Below are positions 1 through 15,100 of a stretch of DNA of 64,000 bases, piece by piece. The stretch spans positions 62,001 through 126,000 of the forward strand of contig JALMLS010000228.1 of assembly GCA_038496445.1 (NCBI GenBank). The letters run 5' to 3'. Positions within the stretch are counted from its first letter, which is position 1, and the number at the start of each line of letters is the position of its first letter. This DNA comes from Trichosphaerium sp. ATCC 40318. Lineage: Eukaryota; Protista; Tubulinea. The notes below the pieces were generated by a model, which was not told the DNA's origin, did no database searches, and was given only the letters and a program-made list of their open reading frames with translations. The translations under genes were made by a program, and so were the position numbers.

Positions 1-1064
1 CATATTCAGACATATGGAAAAAACAAAAGGTAACTACTGCAAATACGTGACTTCCAAAACAAAACGTACTTAGCCATCTCAGACATGCTTCCTGTTTCGG
101 TATCTGTTATTTTTTTCCACGTATCATTTATTAGATTTCTTTGCATAGGCGTGAAAGGGTACGCGTCCGGAAAAGCTTCTAAAAAAGCACGTGATTAGCA
201 AAAAAAAAGCCACGGATTTTCCAACAAAACCATTTTTGTGAAAAAAAATCACTTGCGGCGCTATCAGCGCTATCCACTACTATTTAAACTCATATACGTA
301 CCTTCGCGCATAGAGGCGTTCGAATCTTCAGAGCTTGAGCTTATGAGACTTGTACCTGAAAGTTTTTCTAGCGATTGTTTTGAACGAGATGCACTGCTTC
401 TTGCTGAAACCCTACGGTTCTGCGCTTTACCATTCGAGTGATTTTTCGCTTGTTTAAAGCGTGAAATTAACGCTACTATTTCTCTTTCGTATAATAAGGG
501 AAGGTTCAGTCTCTCCAAGTTTTTAGGTTCTGAGAGTCTACGACACAGATTGTCAGAATACGGCGAAGAAAAAAAAATTCGCGAAAAAACACTAAATAAA
601 AAAAACGAATGATTCCGAAGTTATCACACGCAAATTTAGTTTTGATCACTTAGTATTGTAGTAGGAGATATACTCATATCTCTCATATACTTTTTAATAA
701 AAATCCGTGACGATAAACAAGTCATTATTGCCAATAGGGTCAAAACGAAATTCAAAAATACGCTAGAACGTGCCTACACAAGTGACTAAAGTTCTCAAAA
801 CCGTGTTGTAAGAGTGTATCATTTGTCTTTTCAATCAGTTTACTATTTGTAAGGCCTAATTCTTCTGCTATAGCTTGTAGAAGCTCTTCAATACTAGCAT
901 GAGTGGAAATCCCTGTTTAAAAGTTACTTTGGGAGCGGACAAGTATTTGGGTTTTTCTCGTTTTAGACGCACTGTTGCTCCTTTTTAGTGATAGGTGAGG
1001 ACAGCTCATTAAATGTCTTAATATTGGATGGTTTAGAGGAGCTCCCTTGGCTGTGAGTCTTCAT
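1..1064 (-). CDS. Partial multi-exon gene of unknown function running off the left edge; true 5' end uncertain (may extend to ~1500)
   Basis: Open exons bounded by gtacgt/gtaaac donors and tag/cag acceptors: 296-537 (LSEPKNLERLNLPLLYEREIVALISRFK...), ~845-912 (ISTHASIEELLQAIAEELGLTN), ~972-1064 (MKTHSQGSSSKPSNIKTF...). Confidence 0.45.
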
Positions 1065-1731
1065 GAAATGACGGAATTTACTAGTTTAGTACTAAGTTTG
1101 TTCCGAACTACTAAAACGGTCAATCACCAAAGATCCTGTTGGAATTTACAACAGTACATTCTAATAGAACCACGCAACCATTTTTATGGAAGGATACTAA
1201 GTAAGAGTGTTTTTGCGTTACCATAACAAAGTGAAGTATTTCCGTTAACTAATACGCGGAAATCCACGGGTAATACGCTTTCACAGTGCCCCTACAGTTG
1301 TGTGGAGTCCTTGGAGTTTGGAGGAGTTTTGTTTACCTTTAACACAACACAACAACACACGTTTCATTTTCCTCCTATACCATCCCGGTACATTCAGTGA
1401 TCTCAGTATAAGATAAAGACGCGAATAGTAATAGTTTAAGACCAAAGCAGTAGAAACGGTATTTCGTTTTCCACTCAGTTTCTTTGATGGTCTAAGGTCC
1501 CGTATACAATTTATGCAATATACGCCACTATTCTAACATTTGCTCACTCAATGTATTTTTTTAAGGTCGACTTGATTAATTACTTTTTGTCAACAAAAGT
1601 CCTTTTCACCCGTTTTTGGGTTGAGTCTGAATACCAACTTGACACAACGTCGTAAGTTCCCGTATTCTATTTAAGTGTTGGGTAAACTATAGAAGCGCTG
1701 TCCCTTTTGTTAAACGAAAAGTACAGAAAAT

Positions 1732-4700
1732 ATGCTATCCGCATTACTTCAAGCAGTAGTATTATGTACTGCCCTCTTCTTGGCAAGGTAAGCGACATCG
1801 TAATTCGATTTATTTATGACCTACCCAAGTGATGCATTAGCTCCTGAAGTAATACTGAGCGTGCAGGACATAAATTGCTTGAATATAACAACTACGAACG
1901 TTCTAGAGTCAAAGGACACAGAGTATCTTCGTATTGGACTTGTTGGTGGTGATACATGGCGATATTGGAAGTTACCAACAACTAACACTTCAATAATGTA
2001 AGCGCACTTTGTGTCACAAAATCTAAAACTAAGTTTTTTCTTCTTTTTTGTTTTTTTTTTTTGGGAGCCACCACGTGATTGTTTTTTTTTTTGTAAACTA
2101 CGACTCTAATTGATTGTTTCTGGAACAGCAACTGGTGTGGCGTTGTTAGACCTACAGGTGAAGTTTACAACTTAGCATTCTGGTTCGCAACACGTGATTT
2201 TGGACAGAACGGGCACGTGGTTTTTTAGATTTTGTTTTGCTCTTTTTGTTTGACCTAACCTTGTGTTAGCGACCAAACTTCAGTAGAAGTAACTGCTCCT
2301 AAAGGTACGACTTGCAATGTCCATAGAGGCTTTCCTTCGCTTGATTTTCTAAATCAAGAAACAATTCTTTCCTCACTCTTATTTTTAGTTGGCCCACCTA
2401 GCACACCTGTGATTAGAGTGATATTCCATACTGTTACACGCTATACTTACCTAGAATTAAATAATCCTGAGACTGATAGCATTTATGATAACTATTGGGA
2501 GATTACTTACAAACGCCCAAATGAAGAATTTTGGAAAATCTGGACGTACAAGAGATGGTTTTCTCGAACTGCATCTAATGAAACTATGCACCAATCCACG
2601 TTCAACCTGGAGAATGACATTGATTATACCGTACGTGCGAGAGCCTTTAATCTGATAGGGCATAGCCCGTTTAGCAACGAAGTCACTCTGAAATACCAAG
2701 GCAAGTGTTGGAGTAAGATTTTATTGGCTAATGTTATCATCACCCAGCGATTACACCGGCCGTCCAAAAGAGTATTGTTGATTCCTTCGGCAAACCCATC
2801 GCAAGAGTTTCTCTAAATTATTTACTTTCAGGTGGAGCAAGTTTCACAACAAAAATTAGAGTTCCGGAAGCAACAACGTACTTGGCAGGTTTTCTATAAC
2901 AAATTCTAACTTTTGTAGATTTGTGAATCAATGGAAACTTTTTGTACAAAGTAAGTCGTTGTGTTCGATAACATTACCTGATAATCACGTGACTTTCTAC
3001 TTTAAGACGCACAGATGCCCAACAAATTGCTATTACATTCCGGTTCAGAAAATGTTTATCCCAACCTGCCGTTAGTCAAATTCCAAAAAAACGTATTAAC
3101 TCTGACTTAAATGTAGGACTTTAAAAGCAACTAAATTAAAAGTATTTACTCAATACACATACAACACTGATACTGGTATAAAATCTAGTCCTTTTAGTAA
3201 TGCAGCCACTTTGACCAACTCGCCTGGTACAACTCCTTTACAAAAGCTTTTTTTTTTTTTCTGATCTTCTAACTATCCGTTTGAAAGATACTATTGCACA
3301 ACCACGTGTCTCTTTTTCAGTGTTACCCGATAGAATCACAATACGTTGTTCTCCAAACAATTATAATACAGTAAGTGGCAACCGGCAAGTGTATCCAATT
3401 AGAGTTTCAAAAGAAGGTTCAACAGACAACGTATTTCAATGTCTAGCAGCTTCCTTTTGTACTTTTTACATGTACGTTTACAGTTGTACCACCTGTGGTC
3501 TTACACTTTTTAGAAAGGATAAAACCCCTGACCTAAAGTAAGTATAGCATGTTGAACGGACAAGGTACTTTAGTTATTAACAAAAAAAATAGATACACAG
3601 CACGTTGTCGTGCAATCTCGAATTATGGTTCCTCCGTGTGGTCTGAATCTGTCACACAAACAATAAACCCAACCACTACAAAAACAACTGTAGACCCGAA
3701 TGATACACCGCGATTGTTTGCTCAATATAGTAGCGCTGGAACCAGCTTCAGAGTCACCGTAGCAATCACAGGTCAGTACAATGGAACTGTAGAAATAGAG
3801 GTACAAGACGTTTGACTTCAACACTGAAATACACTTACAAGCACCTACTGGCTACTAACAAAACATTTTATAATGCATGTTTGCGCAAAAAAGAAAATGA
3901 GACTTAAAGTCACGTGACTAGAAATACCATAGTAACCGTTTCATTTAGAAAGCGTCATTTCCAGAAGCACAATATGATTCCGCCATTCCGACGTGGGCAC
4001 CTTTTACGAACTTTATTCCGCAAGACAATGCAGATGTAACAGTAAGATTTTATGACACTACTAGAGGTACCATAGAGAACCTTTAAAAGAAACCATAAAA
4101 CATTTTTCTAACGATTGACCCAAACTAGCAAATTACATTACCCTTTACAGAGCCAGAGTTTCAGGAGGTCCTTGGACGCCATACGAAGTGTCCGTTGATG
4201 GATTCGGTACCAAAAGATATTTTTTATCAAAATACCGTTAACGAACATTAGAAAAGGAACTCATTACGCCCATAGTGACTGTAAGTTCCATTAAAATAGA
4301 CTCAGCTAGTATCAGGTTTTTTATTTTTCAACTAAGCACAACCTTACTCGTTCTTTAGAATAACGCCGTCAAACCCATCAACAGCGCAATACATAATAGA
4401 ATATGATATTTCGCTTTCGGCATTGGAGGTACGAGAATCTTTTCAATCACGTGACATGTTGGGAACAACATGATACCACTAAGAAAAAACGTGAAATAAC
4501 GAATCGTTAACACAACTTTCAGTCTGGAAAAGCTACATACCAATCTACTTCAAACACCACTAGTTTTGTTGTTGTTACAAACCTGACTGAAGCTACAAAC
4601 TACCATGTTCGTGGCCGTACTGTTCACTCTCTACACGGTGATATTACACCTACAAACTGGAGCTACACGTCGTTTACGACACTTGGGAACCGTAAGAGCT

Positions 4701-6688
4701 ATTTCATAGCAGGTAATGCTAACTAAAGCGTAGAACCTTCCAACGAACCAGAAATGCAACCACGGTTGACTCTTGTTGAATCATATCACGACAGGGTCGT
4801 GGTTACAGTTAGTGTGACAGGTAACGTAGACGGAGAATGGACGTTAGAGTTGACTGAGGTACGTTGGTCTTGTAGAAAGTCGAAAAAGTTGTGAATTTTT
4901 TTTCTTACAGTTACCAAAGGAGCCAACACTTTTTAAACACGACTGGTGGCAACTAGCTTCTGGTGTATCTAATTTCACAACAGCTTATTCCTCTTCTGCC
5001 ATCATAATTGGGTTAGACGGCAGCTGGACTTACGGTATGTACTGCAATAATTTAATATTAAATTTTAATAAAGACTTTCAGGTATTCGGTTGAATGTTAC
5101 AAGTTCAAATAAGTACCAAGGGCAAACAACGCTGATCTTCACTACACCCCCAACATGTACGCCACATACTAAAATAAGTTCAAGAGAAAGTCAAGAATGT
5201 CAGAAGAAAAAAAAACAATCACGTTTTTTCACTTTAAACGAAAAAAGAAAATAGTGTTACGACTAATGTATTAAAATAGCAAAACCCACACTATCTCCGT
5301 TTATATCATTTGCACATAATGAAAGATACCAATGCTATTGTTCCGACTGGAATGTACAGCTTTAGTACGTACAGAAAAACATAAAAAAAAATCGGAATAA
5401 TTATTTTAACGAACAATATTACACTAGTCAAGGCCTTATGGACTATGTCGTTGAAGTTGAGTACGCCCCTTCCATTGGTAAAACTTATAATACCATCGGG
5501 TCATTTAGTATAACCGACAAGACAATGGTTCGTAAACAAAGCTATTTAAAGTTTTGTGAAATGAAAGTTAAAAATCAAGAATATTTTAAAATAATTTTAT
5601 TAAAATGTGCACTACTAACGTCAACAAAAAATATAAAAGGCATTCAAACCTGAATTGTTACCGGACTTTGGTGTACTCCGAACACGGTATATAGACGAGT
5701 ATGGTCATAATGGTGAGTCACTTTTTATTGGCTTTTTTTTTTTTCTTGTGAAAAGTAAGAAAAAAAAATGAAATCACGCGGCGAAATGATTCCGTCGTGA
5801 TCTCAAACGCCGACATTGAGAATTATAAATAGACATGTTTGTTTGTTAAAATACTCTCGTAGGAACATGGCATTTATACGTACTTGATGGCGGTGATTGC
5901 ACGACATGTAATAGCACAGTATCTGGTGGTATGCAACTAGTCCTTCACTTTACTTCGGGCATTAACGCAACTACAGAGATTTCATACACAGCTCCTGGGT
6001 TAGTTATAAGAACAGATGTACGTACTTGCGGTGGCGTAAAAAAACCCCGTAAAGAATTCTACTGTTTCTTCGGACAATGGGTTGCCAATCAATCTGTGGC
6101 TGTACAACCTAATGAGAACTTCATTGTCCAAAGCGATGTGATTGTGCAAGGTTAGTTCGCGAACTGCCGAAAACTCGGTCTAAAAATTGCAACGCTCAGT
6201 TTTGTTGTTAGGGAACGTTACGCTTGATTCTTTGGCACAACTTACAATCGACTCTACAAAAGCTAGTGTGGAAGTTAGAGATTGCGCTACTCTCGAAGGT
6301 ATACGCGTAGTACAAGCAACGCTGGCTTTACTAAAACGTATACTACAGGCGAGTTGAAAATAGCGCTGAAAGCATCTGATATAGCTGCGTTGGAGAAGAA
6401 TCCAGCAGCCACAATCATAGAATCGCTAAAAGATTGCGTTAACGGAAAATTTTCATCGACTACCTTTACAGCAGAAGCATCAGGATGTACAGAGGTCAAT
6501 TTTAAAGGGCTGAGGTACTGCACAGATAACAAACTAAACAAAACTAAAAAAAAACCGTTAGATACGAACAATCGAAATTGTCATTTCTCGTGCAAATAGC
6601 GCCATTAAAGTGTAGTGCAACGCGTCTACACGCATTTTGGGCTCTTGTAGTTGCAGTCTTGTCAATTTTAAAATACATAAAGTTGTAG
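1732..6688 (+). CDS. Multi-exon secreted/cell-surface protein with fibronectin type III repeats, probably GPI-anchored
   Basis: Signal peptide MLSALLQAVVLCTALFLA. FN3 C-terminal motifs YTVRARAFNLIGHSPFS (~2626), YTARCRAISNYGSSVWS (~3594), NLTEATNYHVRGRT (~4579). Last exon PLKCSATRLHAFWALVVAVLSILKYIKL* resembles a GPI signal. More than 25 short introns. Confidence 0.8.
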
Positions 6689-7219
6689 ACTGTATAGTTT
6701 GCGCACGTACAGTCCACTAAACAACAAAGGAAGTACTTTTATCTCGTCAATTTGCTACATAATTACTAAACGGTATTTGTCCTTGAGCTGTAAACTGAAC
6801 GTTTACAAAAACCAAAAATCCGTTCCTTACCTATACTACTATGTATTTGAGAATATAAGGGTAAAGCGTGATCTTTTTAGTTCATTTTTGAACAACGTAG
6901 CAGAAGAACAGAAAACTACTACGCACCTGTTTAACCGACCCCATCGCCCTGAACCAAAATGTAGAAACTACTCCTAAAAAAAATCGGTTAACAACTGAAA
7001 GCGGAGAAACATTATAACGGCAAACAAGTTCTTTACAACAATTTTTATTACTCGTTTTTGGTTACAATAGGTTATGGCCGATTAAAATTAAGGTGTGTGG
7101 GTTTATAAAAAATTGAGAAGACACAGCGTAAAAGCGAGGCCAAACGCCTTCTCGCTGGAAAATTGACTTCTTCTCTGTTCCACGGTGATATATACATTGT
7201 GGTGGTGGGTTTTAACGCT

Positions 7220-8897
7220 TTACTGCGCCAAAACAGCAGCTGCAGGGCAACTTGTGAAAGGCATGATAGTAGTGCGTGGTTGAACAATTTGTACGTCGCA
7301 GAAGTCCTGGAAAGAGCTTGTAGGCACGCCCATAGGTGTTTGGAACGATGTTGATAGTCTCTCGTTGAAACTCCAATCGTCGTTTTCTGTTTCGTTATCG
7401 CTTGTACTGTGAGATAGCTCTTGGCTTTCGGACATATCGATGTTGTAAGAAGCAGATTCGGACAATGGGGACATAGGGGCTGGTTCGAAGCCACTGTTAT
7501 GTGCACTACCGGAAATTGGCGGCATAGCACAAGCAACTTGTACCAAAGCCTCCCAAGACGAAGAGGAGTTAAGACTAAGGCGGTCACCTTCATCAGTATC
7601 ATCTTCATCGTCTACGCGCATGCGCTTTGCTGGGTGCCATCTAAAGGTAATACGTTAACATATGATGCAAACAGGAAAATGGGAAAAGCCACAGAAATTT
7701 GAATGTAAAATCGGAACTGCGGCGTAAATTTTTTTCAGTTTTTTGCTAGAAGTGTTACTTACTCTTCATCTTGAACTTCCTCGCTATCAGAAAGCTTGCT
7801 AGAACGCAAGTTGCGCGTATTGTATCGGCGCGGAGATGAACTGGAATCGTCATCAATCGATGTTTCGCCATCAACTGATAGAACTTGTCGTTTACGTTTT
7901 TTCGCGTTCTTAGATGCAGCGCGTCGGAGCATTGTGTTCCAGATGTTTTTGATGGAGTTGGCGGTTCTATTGAATATGTTAATGGCGCGTAAAAAAATAA
8001 ACCCCAAAAATTAATAATTTTATTACGAGGAGATTTAGTGCTGAAAAAAAAAGCGGTTGAATACAAAAAAAGTGTAACGTTTAGTTTTTTCCATTCAACA
8101 CATCCAAAAGGATGGACAACTGAATAGAGTTTGTCATTTTTAATGAATTAACGTTTTTACCCAATGATTATTGTTCGAAAATCTGAAAGCGTACCTTCCA
8201 GGTAGGTGTTTTGAGATTTCAGCCCATCGGTTGCCTAGTTTATCATGTAGGCCTCGTAGACGTTCCCACTCACTTGGTGTGAGAGGGTCCTTACGAATAC
8301 ATGGGTCGAGTTGGTTATACCATCTACAAACAACGGTTAACGTCAAGAAAAAATGTGAGAATTGAAGGCCAAAAAGGCACACGCATTCATACCTCTCGCG
8401 ACACTGTTTAGGGAGTCTACCTCTTAGATGACTGGCGATGAACCTCCAGTTCTTTGTTCCATACTTTGAGACCAATGAACGGAGTTTCTCGTCCTCCTTA
8501 GGTATTGTGAGTATGTTTGTAGTGACAAATTCCATTTTGTAAGTACCTCTAGGGTCCAACGGCCCTTGATCTTCAATCTGTCTGGTGAGAGATAAGTGCG
8601 CCATCTATGACAGCAATCTGCGTGTGTCTTGTTTGTAAGGAGCTTGGCGATCTTCTTCCAGTTCTTCTCTTTGCAAATAATGACTTGTACGCGAAGAATG
8701 TTATCCTAAGGAAAACATCAGAAACGTTAAATAAAATAGGCGGGTAAAGCCTCGGAACGGGGCCGTACCTCTTCTTCAGTCCATGTAACGTTTGTTGGTA
8801 AGCCTAACGGCTCTTCAGACTCGTCATCAGTTTTTCTTCGGTTACGAGTTGCTCGACCGCGTTTAGATTTGTTGTGTAGTTGCAAGTGACTTGACAT
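7220..8897 (-). CDS. R1R2R3 (three-repeat) MYB transcription factor
   Basis: Spliced MYB repeats: WTEEE|DNILR..NWKKIAKLL..CCHRW; KGRWTLEE|DEKLRSLVSKYGTKNWRFIASHLRGRLPKQCRER|WYNQLDP; LTPSEWERL..LGNRWAEISKHLPGR|TANSIKNIWN. Followed by a KKRKR NLS and an acidic/Ser-rich tail. Confidence 0.92.
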
Positions 8898-11800
8898 AAT
8901 ATATAGCAAGTGAATTTGAACAGTTAACGAGAGCTGTTGTGTTGTAAAACTGTGAAAGTGAGTTAAGAAATTTGCTAAAATTTCAACTCGAACTAAAGTT
9001 AATAGAGCGTTGACTGAGACACGAAAAAGGAATGTGCATGCATTGGACGCATTGTTGTTTACAACGAGTTAAAATGTTATACTCTTGAGAAGAAATATAA
9101 TCGTTGCACTCACAAATTACTGGAGAAGGTGGAATAACGGAAAAAATAACGGTTTGGGAAAGGTAACAACCCTTTGTACGTTCCCAGTATCCAAGGTAGA
9201 ATTGAAAAGAACACAAGAAATTCTCGAAGCAAAAAGGGAGCGGAGCAACTTTATTTCGTAACAACGAGACGTACTACGCATAAGGACTGCGGAACAGCCC
9301 TTATTACAACCCTTTGTGCTAACTGTTCCCCCATCTTTCCTGAGTTGTGAACAGAGACACTTTTTATGGCATTAACCGTTACTAAACGCATAGAGGCGTT
9401 TGTTTAGGTATGATGGCCAACTTACAATATTCTATTCGTCAGAAAATTATTTTACATTTTCCGAAGATCACAAGGTTCTAATGATGGTCGGTAAAAGTGC
9501 CCGTACCGTCCCTTTCGAGAAACTATCGATTTATTGGATGTCACCCACTGCCTGCAAACGTTTTTAGATATTACGGAGAAAGCAAGACACCCAAAGTCGT
9601 CTGAAAAGTTTGTCAGATTCAAGCAATAATCTGCAAATTTGGGCGGTTGAAAAAAAAAACGTTAGCGTTAACCGATTTACATATCAGGCAGAGATGTCTT
9701 ATTTTTCGTAAAAAATCTCTTAAACGGTAAAACAACTGTCAACTTTAGCGATGTTACACTACAGTGCGGCAGCGTACAAAAACCAGTACAAAATAAATTG
9801 CTGAGAAATTCTGCGGTATAGGATACTTAAAGCGAGATTTGTCACTTCTCTTCGCTGGTATGTGCACGAGTAAAGTTTCACAACTCCACGCAGCACTTTT
9901 ACGCCCAGTTTTGTTGTACTGATGCGATGACATTACCCGCTATTGTATCAAAGTGGCCAAAGAGATGCACGCTTAAAGTCAGAACCTATTTTTCAAACTG
10001 TACTGATTTGTGCTCCGTTTTTTCCATTTTTTGTTCGGTGGATTTTTTTCTCCTTACTTTTTTTTTTACGTTCTTGGTATATTTTTGCCCCTTTTCTCAA
10101 CCAGCAAAACCAAAACCACTTCAACGGTTAATGTTCACTAGTAGGTCATTAGATGGCGTATGTATTCGTTTAGGCTTTGTTTACCGGATTTGTAAGGTGA
10201 GAAGGAAAAGAATTGCAACGCACGAATTACTGAAAACGGCCGTACAAATAACCCGTCGCTTTTTTTTTGTTGTGTGCGAACTTCAAAACAAAGTTGATGT
10301 TATTCTTCTTTAAGAAATCAGGAGCAGCAATAGAGGAGATAACAAAGGCACTATTGCAAAGTTAGCGTAACTATAGCGACAACAAACTCGGTTGTGAATT
10401 TACCAGAGCTGGTTCTCGGGAATAATAATACCGCGTGTGCAGTGTTAGAGTACGTATTGGCAGTACGTGAAGGGTTCTTTGTTAAAGTTTTTCTTGCGAG
10501 CCAGCTACGCAAAGTGAGAAAAGCAACAACAATTGCCGAAAACAAGGTACTTACAGCAATTATTCATGTTTTTAGCGTTGTTTTAAGCGTTCAGAGTGCG
10601 AAAAAGGAATAAGCATGAAGAAGCATATGCTATTCACCTGAGGTTCGTTCATCTAGCTATTCCTTTGTGAACACTATTGTATGTACGTTAGTCTCCGAGA
10701 AAAACACGGTGCATTTTCATTTTTGTGATTACTAACGTTTACGTTTTTCTCCAAACATCTCCAAGCGCTATAAAAAAAGTGTCCGTGAATAGTAGCTTTT
10801 TGTGTTCGTCCGTTAAATTTTTATTTAATGAAACAGCGAAAATGTAGCTGAACGCAGTTTTCTCGAGCGTCCCGTGATTTGGTTCTAAACTGCGTACGTT
10901 CTTCACTTTTTGTCGTATTTACTTTAGGCTCAGAAATGTTCGAACGTCCAAGCCAGAAGAGAGGAAGTGTTTGGTGAAGAGACAGAAACAAAGTGTGCGT
11001 CGACATCTGACACGAAGATTGTTAACGCTTTAATTTATGAAATGAATACCTTACCCTTACTTTATTGTCGGTATGTCTGTTCTCATTCATGTTACCACAC
11101 TGTGGTGAGGGTTCTGATAGTAGTGTAGTGTTCCCTAACAAACGTTAAACTCTAATATTAACCATACTGTAGCATGCCTATAGGTGCTACCCAAGAAATG
11201 ACGGCTCGTCTAAAGAATTTTCCATACTAGAATAATACAACGAACTACGCTTAAAAACCGTGTTGGAATGTGCGTTAGGTTTGTTTGTTGAAGGTGAAGT
11301 GTGAAAAAAAGAGAACGTAGCGAGAAAGTTGGGATACAGTTAAGAATTCGTGATGGCATAACACAAGTGTTCACTTTCCGGACTAACTAACAGTTTTAGG
11401 TATTAAAATAACGTGCGTAAGAGCATACCAGAATTCTGGAGCGGGGTTATTTGTAGACGCGTAAACAATTACCGGAACATTGTAGAACGTACCCTCACAT
11501 CATATTACGTAAGTTCATGAGGTAGGACTGTTGAAATACGTCCACTTTTGTTCAACAATAAATTTCAACTAGCGTTTATACCACTGTGCTCATCTATATT
11601 TCAATCATTTCCTTGCTCCGTACGGTTGGTTACACACCAGTACTTTTTAAAACGCAATTCTACAAGTTCTGCTCTGTAGCATTATTAGTGATAATTAGGA
11701 ACATGAGGTTGGTATGCACGAAGAGACACGAATAAAAATGACTTTATAAAAATAACGAGTTTTTGTAGAGTATTTTTAATCCTGTTTGCCATTACAAGCT

Positions 11801-12164
11801 CTTTGATTTATTCATCCATGAAAGTAACTCTTGACAACGTACCTGATTTTAAAGGACTCTGTAATTTAAGTTTGCAAACCAAGAAATTATCACCTGCAAC
11901 AACGTTTCAAACTAGATTATTATGTTGGTGTCGATGTCATTCTTATTTGATTCTATGTTTAGAAACATGAGTCCTATCAAAACAGACGTGTATTTTGTTG
12001 ACTCGACCGCGTGTATGTCTTAATACAACATTCAGTGCCTTTTCGAAGGCGACCATGTGCAGGTAATTGCATTTCAAAAAGGAGTCAAACTGATGGATTA
12101 TCTCCTTAATCTGATTTCGCTGTGTTTAAGTTGACCCTTTCAGAACGATCTTTGTATTGGTAGT

Positions 12165-15100
12165 ATGGCGTCGTCGTATATCGTCCTTTTAGTGTTTTTG
12201 GGCTCTGCGATAACTACATACGCCTTTTCTACTCTATCTTTCATCAGCATATGTCCTTCACAAAACCCTACACTATGCGGCGGCATGTGTATATCTGAGT
12301 GCGATTTATTTTTTTTGCCAAAACACGTGATCAAACAAGAAATTATAACTGACCACTAAGGCCAAACGATACGATACCTATAGACGTTACATCTGACGTA
12401 TTTACAAATGGTTATATACCGGGTATTACTTATAATATAGATATTGATGTTTCTAGTATGCCATGGAGGGTACGGCGCGGAGCGGAGGCTGTGAAGCGTT
12501 TTAAAAAAACATTTAAACAAATCTGTTGTCAAGATACTTACATTCCACAAAGGGGTTTATGATGTCTATATATACGCAAGACGGCACTGAGCAAGGCTCA
12601 TTTGCTACTGCTGATACAAAATTCGATACTAGTGGAGCTGCACTACCAGCCACTTGTAGTCAAACAATAAGACACGCAAATGGTGATCTCGTCGATACTA
12701 CAAGCTCTTTTCAGTGGACAGCGCCTTCTTCGGGCGTAGGAAACCTTACAGCAACGGTAAGTCGCGTCAGTAAACATTTCCATCGTGTTGTAATGGATGG
12801 TAGGCATGGATAATTGTCGCTCAAAATGCTGGTCTTAATTGTGATTGGAAGACTGTTTCTTTTACTTTCGCTGAAGCTCAAGTTGTATCTTGGCCAGAGT
12901 TCGCCTCTGATGTATCTAGCGCATGTAGTGATACGATAAATGCTACAAATAGTGTATCTTGGAATGTAGTAGATCCATCAGTGCCTTTAACTCTTCGATT
13001 GTTTCGCATTGACACACCTTTTTTGGATTCAACTCGAATCCTTGTGAATGAAACAGAAATAATTACAAACCCAGGTATGAACCTAAACTCAAGAGATACC
13101 ATTTATTGGATCATATCTTGAAAAACAGAGCATAGAACAATGAGGCTGTCATTATTTCTTTTAGTTTTACGAAACTGTTTTGTTCTTAAAATGTACATTA
13201 GATAAGTGGTATTTTTATGGCGAAGTGCTATCAAGTACAATGCCAGAACGATCTACAGCATTTCTTATGGTTGATAAAAATACAACTGAACTATTTGGTG
13301 GTATAAATCTATTTGAAGTTCAACTTGTAAGCTTGACAAGTTCAAACATATTCTCTTCTTTGTATACTAATACTACTCCATAGAATGAGTTTGCAATATT
13401 AATTACTGGGATGCCAGACAGTGTTGTATACATTGACGAGTTTAATTTCTTCCCTGTACCTAATACAAAGCGAATGCTCGATCAGAACCTTGAACGCACG
13501 TGATTACAAAAAGAAAATAACTTTCTATTTATTTGGTTATTTATTGATTCTCACGTTTGCTTTTAGCGGAAGCATTCTGTGGTAATGATCATAACCACGA
13601 CGAGCATGATTTATTTGGAAAGCGAGGTGTCCCTGGATCAGATCGTGATCATCCTTTTTATGTTGCTAGACTTTCTTTTGATATCACGTCGGAGGTCTTT
13701 GCACTTTCCAGACAGAGTCAAGAAGTAATTATTGATTGGATAACTGGTACTGTTGCATGGACAAGTTGGGTGTACGAACGAGATATCGGATTAAAATTAA
13801 AAATAGCATCAATATTCGTGTACACCGATCCAGGTATATTTTTTCTTTTCTTTGGAATAAGTAGGACTTGAAACTGTTTTATTTACTTATTTTTTCTTTG
13901 TAGCAATCGATCCATATCCGCGTAATATAACGGATGCAAGTATACCCCTTGATATTGTACAAACAGAATACCAGAATAACATGTATGTAGACCATTGTTC
14001 AGAACTAGTTTGCCTTAACTTTAGTTTTAGGTTGAAAAGCAGTATCGTTAGAGAATCAGCTGTAGTTATCTTTGGTAGTACAGTCAGCACAAGAAGTTTC
14101 GGTAGAGCTATTGTTAATACTTTTTGTGATAATCAGTTTGGATATGCTGCAACTTCGATTGGATGGGCCGCTGCCCTTCTTTCCATGGTAAGTTATCTCA
14201 GATAAAATTTGTTTCTTTTATATCATGAAAGCAAGCCTATGAAAATACGTTACCTTGTGACACCACATAAAATACTCTATGATTAATGGAAGAATAATTC
14301 CGAAACGATTCTTGGAGAAAACAGTTTTAGAGCAGACCAAACATTCTCATTTTTTTATCCTTTTATTTTATTTTTCAATACTGTTGGATTTTCTTTTGAC
14401 TTTCGCAGCAAATTATGGCACATGAGATTGGACATAACGCTGGGAGTGCCCATACAAGGTGTTACGGCACTATAACTATAGCTGGATTCGAGGGATTAGG
14501 CAATATTGACTTATGTGGTACACAAGAATGTGACCCAGATGGTGAAGTACCAACACAAGGTAAGCAAAATATGACTATACCCTGGCTTCCTAATTCATTT
14601 ATCTGATAGCTTCGATTATGTCTACAGAATGCAGGTTCAGAACACTTTATTTGGGAAGAGAAGGCTTTTATGGTCTAGCAAGCGAACGTGTACCTATTTT
14701 CATGAGACAGACACTACTAATGAATAGTACGATTTTTTATTCTGTTTTTTTAACCACTAACAAATTTTTGAATCAGCTGGTGGATCATGTTTACCTTTAG
14801 CATTCAATGGAGATGTTACTGTAAGTTGTAGAGATCTTGGATTTCTTCAAGCTCCTACAGAAACTCCAACTGTAACACCAACTATAACACCTACAGATTC
14901 TCCAACTCAAATTCCAACCTTATCCCCTACTGATTCACCAACTGCATCCCCTACAAACGCGCCAACCGAGGCACCAACAGATGCTCCAACTGATGCACCA
15001 ACAGATGCTCCAACTGACACTCCAACTGATGCACCAACAGAAGCTCCAACTGACGCTCCAACCGATGCACCAACAGACGCACCAACTGACGCGCCTACTG

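Noticed and set aside
9000-12160. Short ORFs in the 3-kb spacer between the MYB and protease genes
   Set aside because: No motifs and no consistent exon chain; probably regulatory or UTR sequence.
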